From the NCBI GenBank assembly GCA_900088475.1, contig FLMG01000007.1, positions 1 to 46,137 on the forward strand: a DNA stretch of 46,137 nucleotides, written 5' to 3'. The notes below the pieces were generated by a model, which did not search any database, had not been told where the DNA came from, and saw only the letters and a list, made by a program, of their open reading frames with translations. The position numbers and the translations under genes are program-made. Within the stretch, counting starts at the first letter, position 1; each line of letters starts with the position of its first letter. This DNA comes from Hyphochytrium catenoides (taxonomy: Eukaryota > Protista > Hyphochytriomycota). Below are positions 44,795 to 46,137 of this stretch, in pieces.

Positions 44795-46137
44795 GCTGAT
44801 AGGTGTGCTGCGCTGCACGGGCAGAGACGAACGACAATTTATCACTGCGCAGACTCTTCCTCAATACCTTCTGCGACCACCACCTGGGGAGGTGCTTACT
44901 TAGCTGGCGGGAAAGAGGCTTGGCAGCACAAGGAGGTTACTCACTGCGGTCCTTCCTTGCAATTAAAGCTACAAGCAAGAAGTGAAGAGAAAAGGTAACA
45001 CTATAAGGAAGGAGGAAGCAGCAACAAATTGCTCCGTCCCACGTGAGGCCAATAGGAGGAGGACAGGCGAAGCTGGTATCCGTCCAACAACCCTTCCCAC
45101 TCTTCTATCTACCAGATCCAGCAGATTCTCAGTGAAGCAAGAGAACCCTTTGAGCTGGTGGGTGGTGGTGGCTGCTCTTCGCTTGAGAATGAAAGCAATG
45201 AAAGAAGAACGCGCGGGAGGCTCTTGCTTTCCAGAGGGCGGCGAGACACTTCTCTGCAAGGAGCAATGCGGCGGTACAAGTACAGCAGCAAGCCAGCAAG
45301 CATGAGTGAGGATATGTTTCTGAAGATACTCCAGCCCAGGCACACAACCAACCAAGAAGGGCCCGTCATCAGCCATACATCAGCCCCTTCCATCATCACC
45401 TTCCGGCAGTTCGGTAGAGTCACAACAACAAATAAGCCTCTGCCCTTCTGCTAAATGAATATCGGACGCCGCGTCGTGGAGTGCATCACTCCTCTGCACA
45501 TGTATGATAGATCTTTTATTGTACGACGATGTTGGGGGCACCGCCCACCCCACCCGTCCTCCCTCCTCTCTCTCTCCCTCCTGCCATCCCCACTCCCCCA
45601 TCCACCCAGTGTCACCATACCAGGCTCCATAAGAAGATCTGGGACATAAAATGACAGGGTGTGTGGGCCTCTTTATGACTGGCGGAAGGCGAACAGGTCA
45701 GGGCGGATGGGAGGAGCCAGGCTCTGAGACAAGGGACGGGGTATCTGGCCCACATGCCCTTCCCATAACCCTGATTGAGGCCCATCCACTCCAGGGGCAC
45801 ATGCACTTCACACATTCTACCATCCCACCCACTCCTTCCACGGCAGTTCTTGCCTCTCAGCATGAAGTTGCCTACCCGTCCCGTTGTTCTACGAATACCT
45901 CCCTCTTCCAAACAGCAAGCAGACCGCGAGATGGGTGGTCAGTGGATCCCACCCGCTCGTACATTCAAAGGAAGAGGGGGGCTGAAGGAGGGTTACCTCC
46001 TCCTACCTGGGTTAACTCCTCTGACGGTAACCTCTCCCCCCACACCCCCGCCCCTTAACTCCAACAACTCACCCAACAGCCTCCTTGTACAATAATGGTA
46101 GTAGACCTATCCGGCTACGCGTAGCGGTGGTAATCCC

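Noticed and set aside
45600-46100. Overlapping 100-135 aa ORFs near the right edge
   Set aside because: No domain motifs and no consistent exon chain; they cannot be distinguished from intergenic sequence.

Overview
This is eukaryotic nuclear DNA with many short GT-AG introns and the standard genetic code in every gene I could reconstruct. Gene content suggests a flagellated protist, probably a stramenopile alga; that assignment is an inference. I spliced ten protein-coding genes by hand: a secreted lipocalin cut off at the left edge, a CSDE1/UNR-type cold-shock-domain RNA-binding protein, a phosducin-like protein (PhLP1 type), an RNI-like LRR protein, a membrane-anchored purple acid phosphatase, CFAP300, a USP53/54-family deubiquitinase, a >2000-aa coiled-coil protein (possibly centlein-like), a WRKY19-like Cys3His zinc-finger repeat protein, and a second, probably GPI-anchored, lipocalin. 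Most short ORFs in the supplied track are antisense shadows or intron read-throughs. I saw no tRNA, rRNA, CRISPR array or intact mobile element. The most unusual items are (i) a USP53/54-like enzyme that appears to carry an N-myristoylation signal, a PDZ domain and an NZF zinc finger in one chain, (ii) a UNR homolog with an R3H-like module inserted into a cold-shock domain and a degenerate last CSD, and (iii) the membrane-tethered, glycosylated lipocalin. All exon structures and family calls come from manual reading and recalled motifs, not from database searches.
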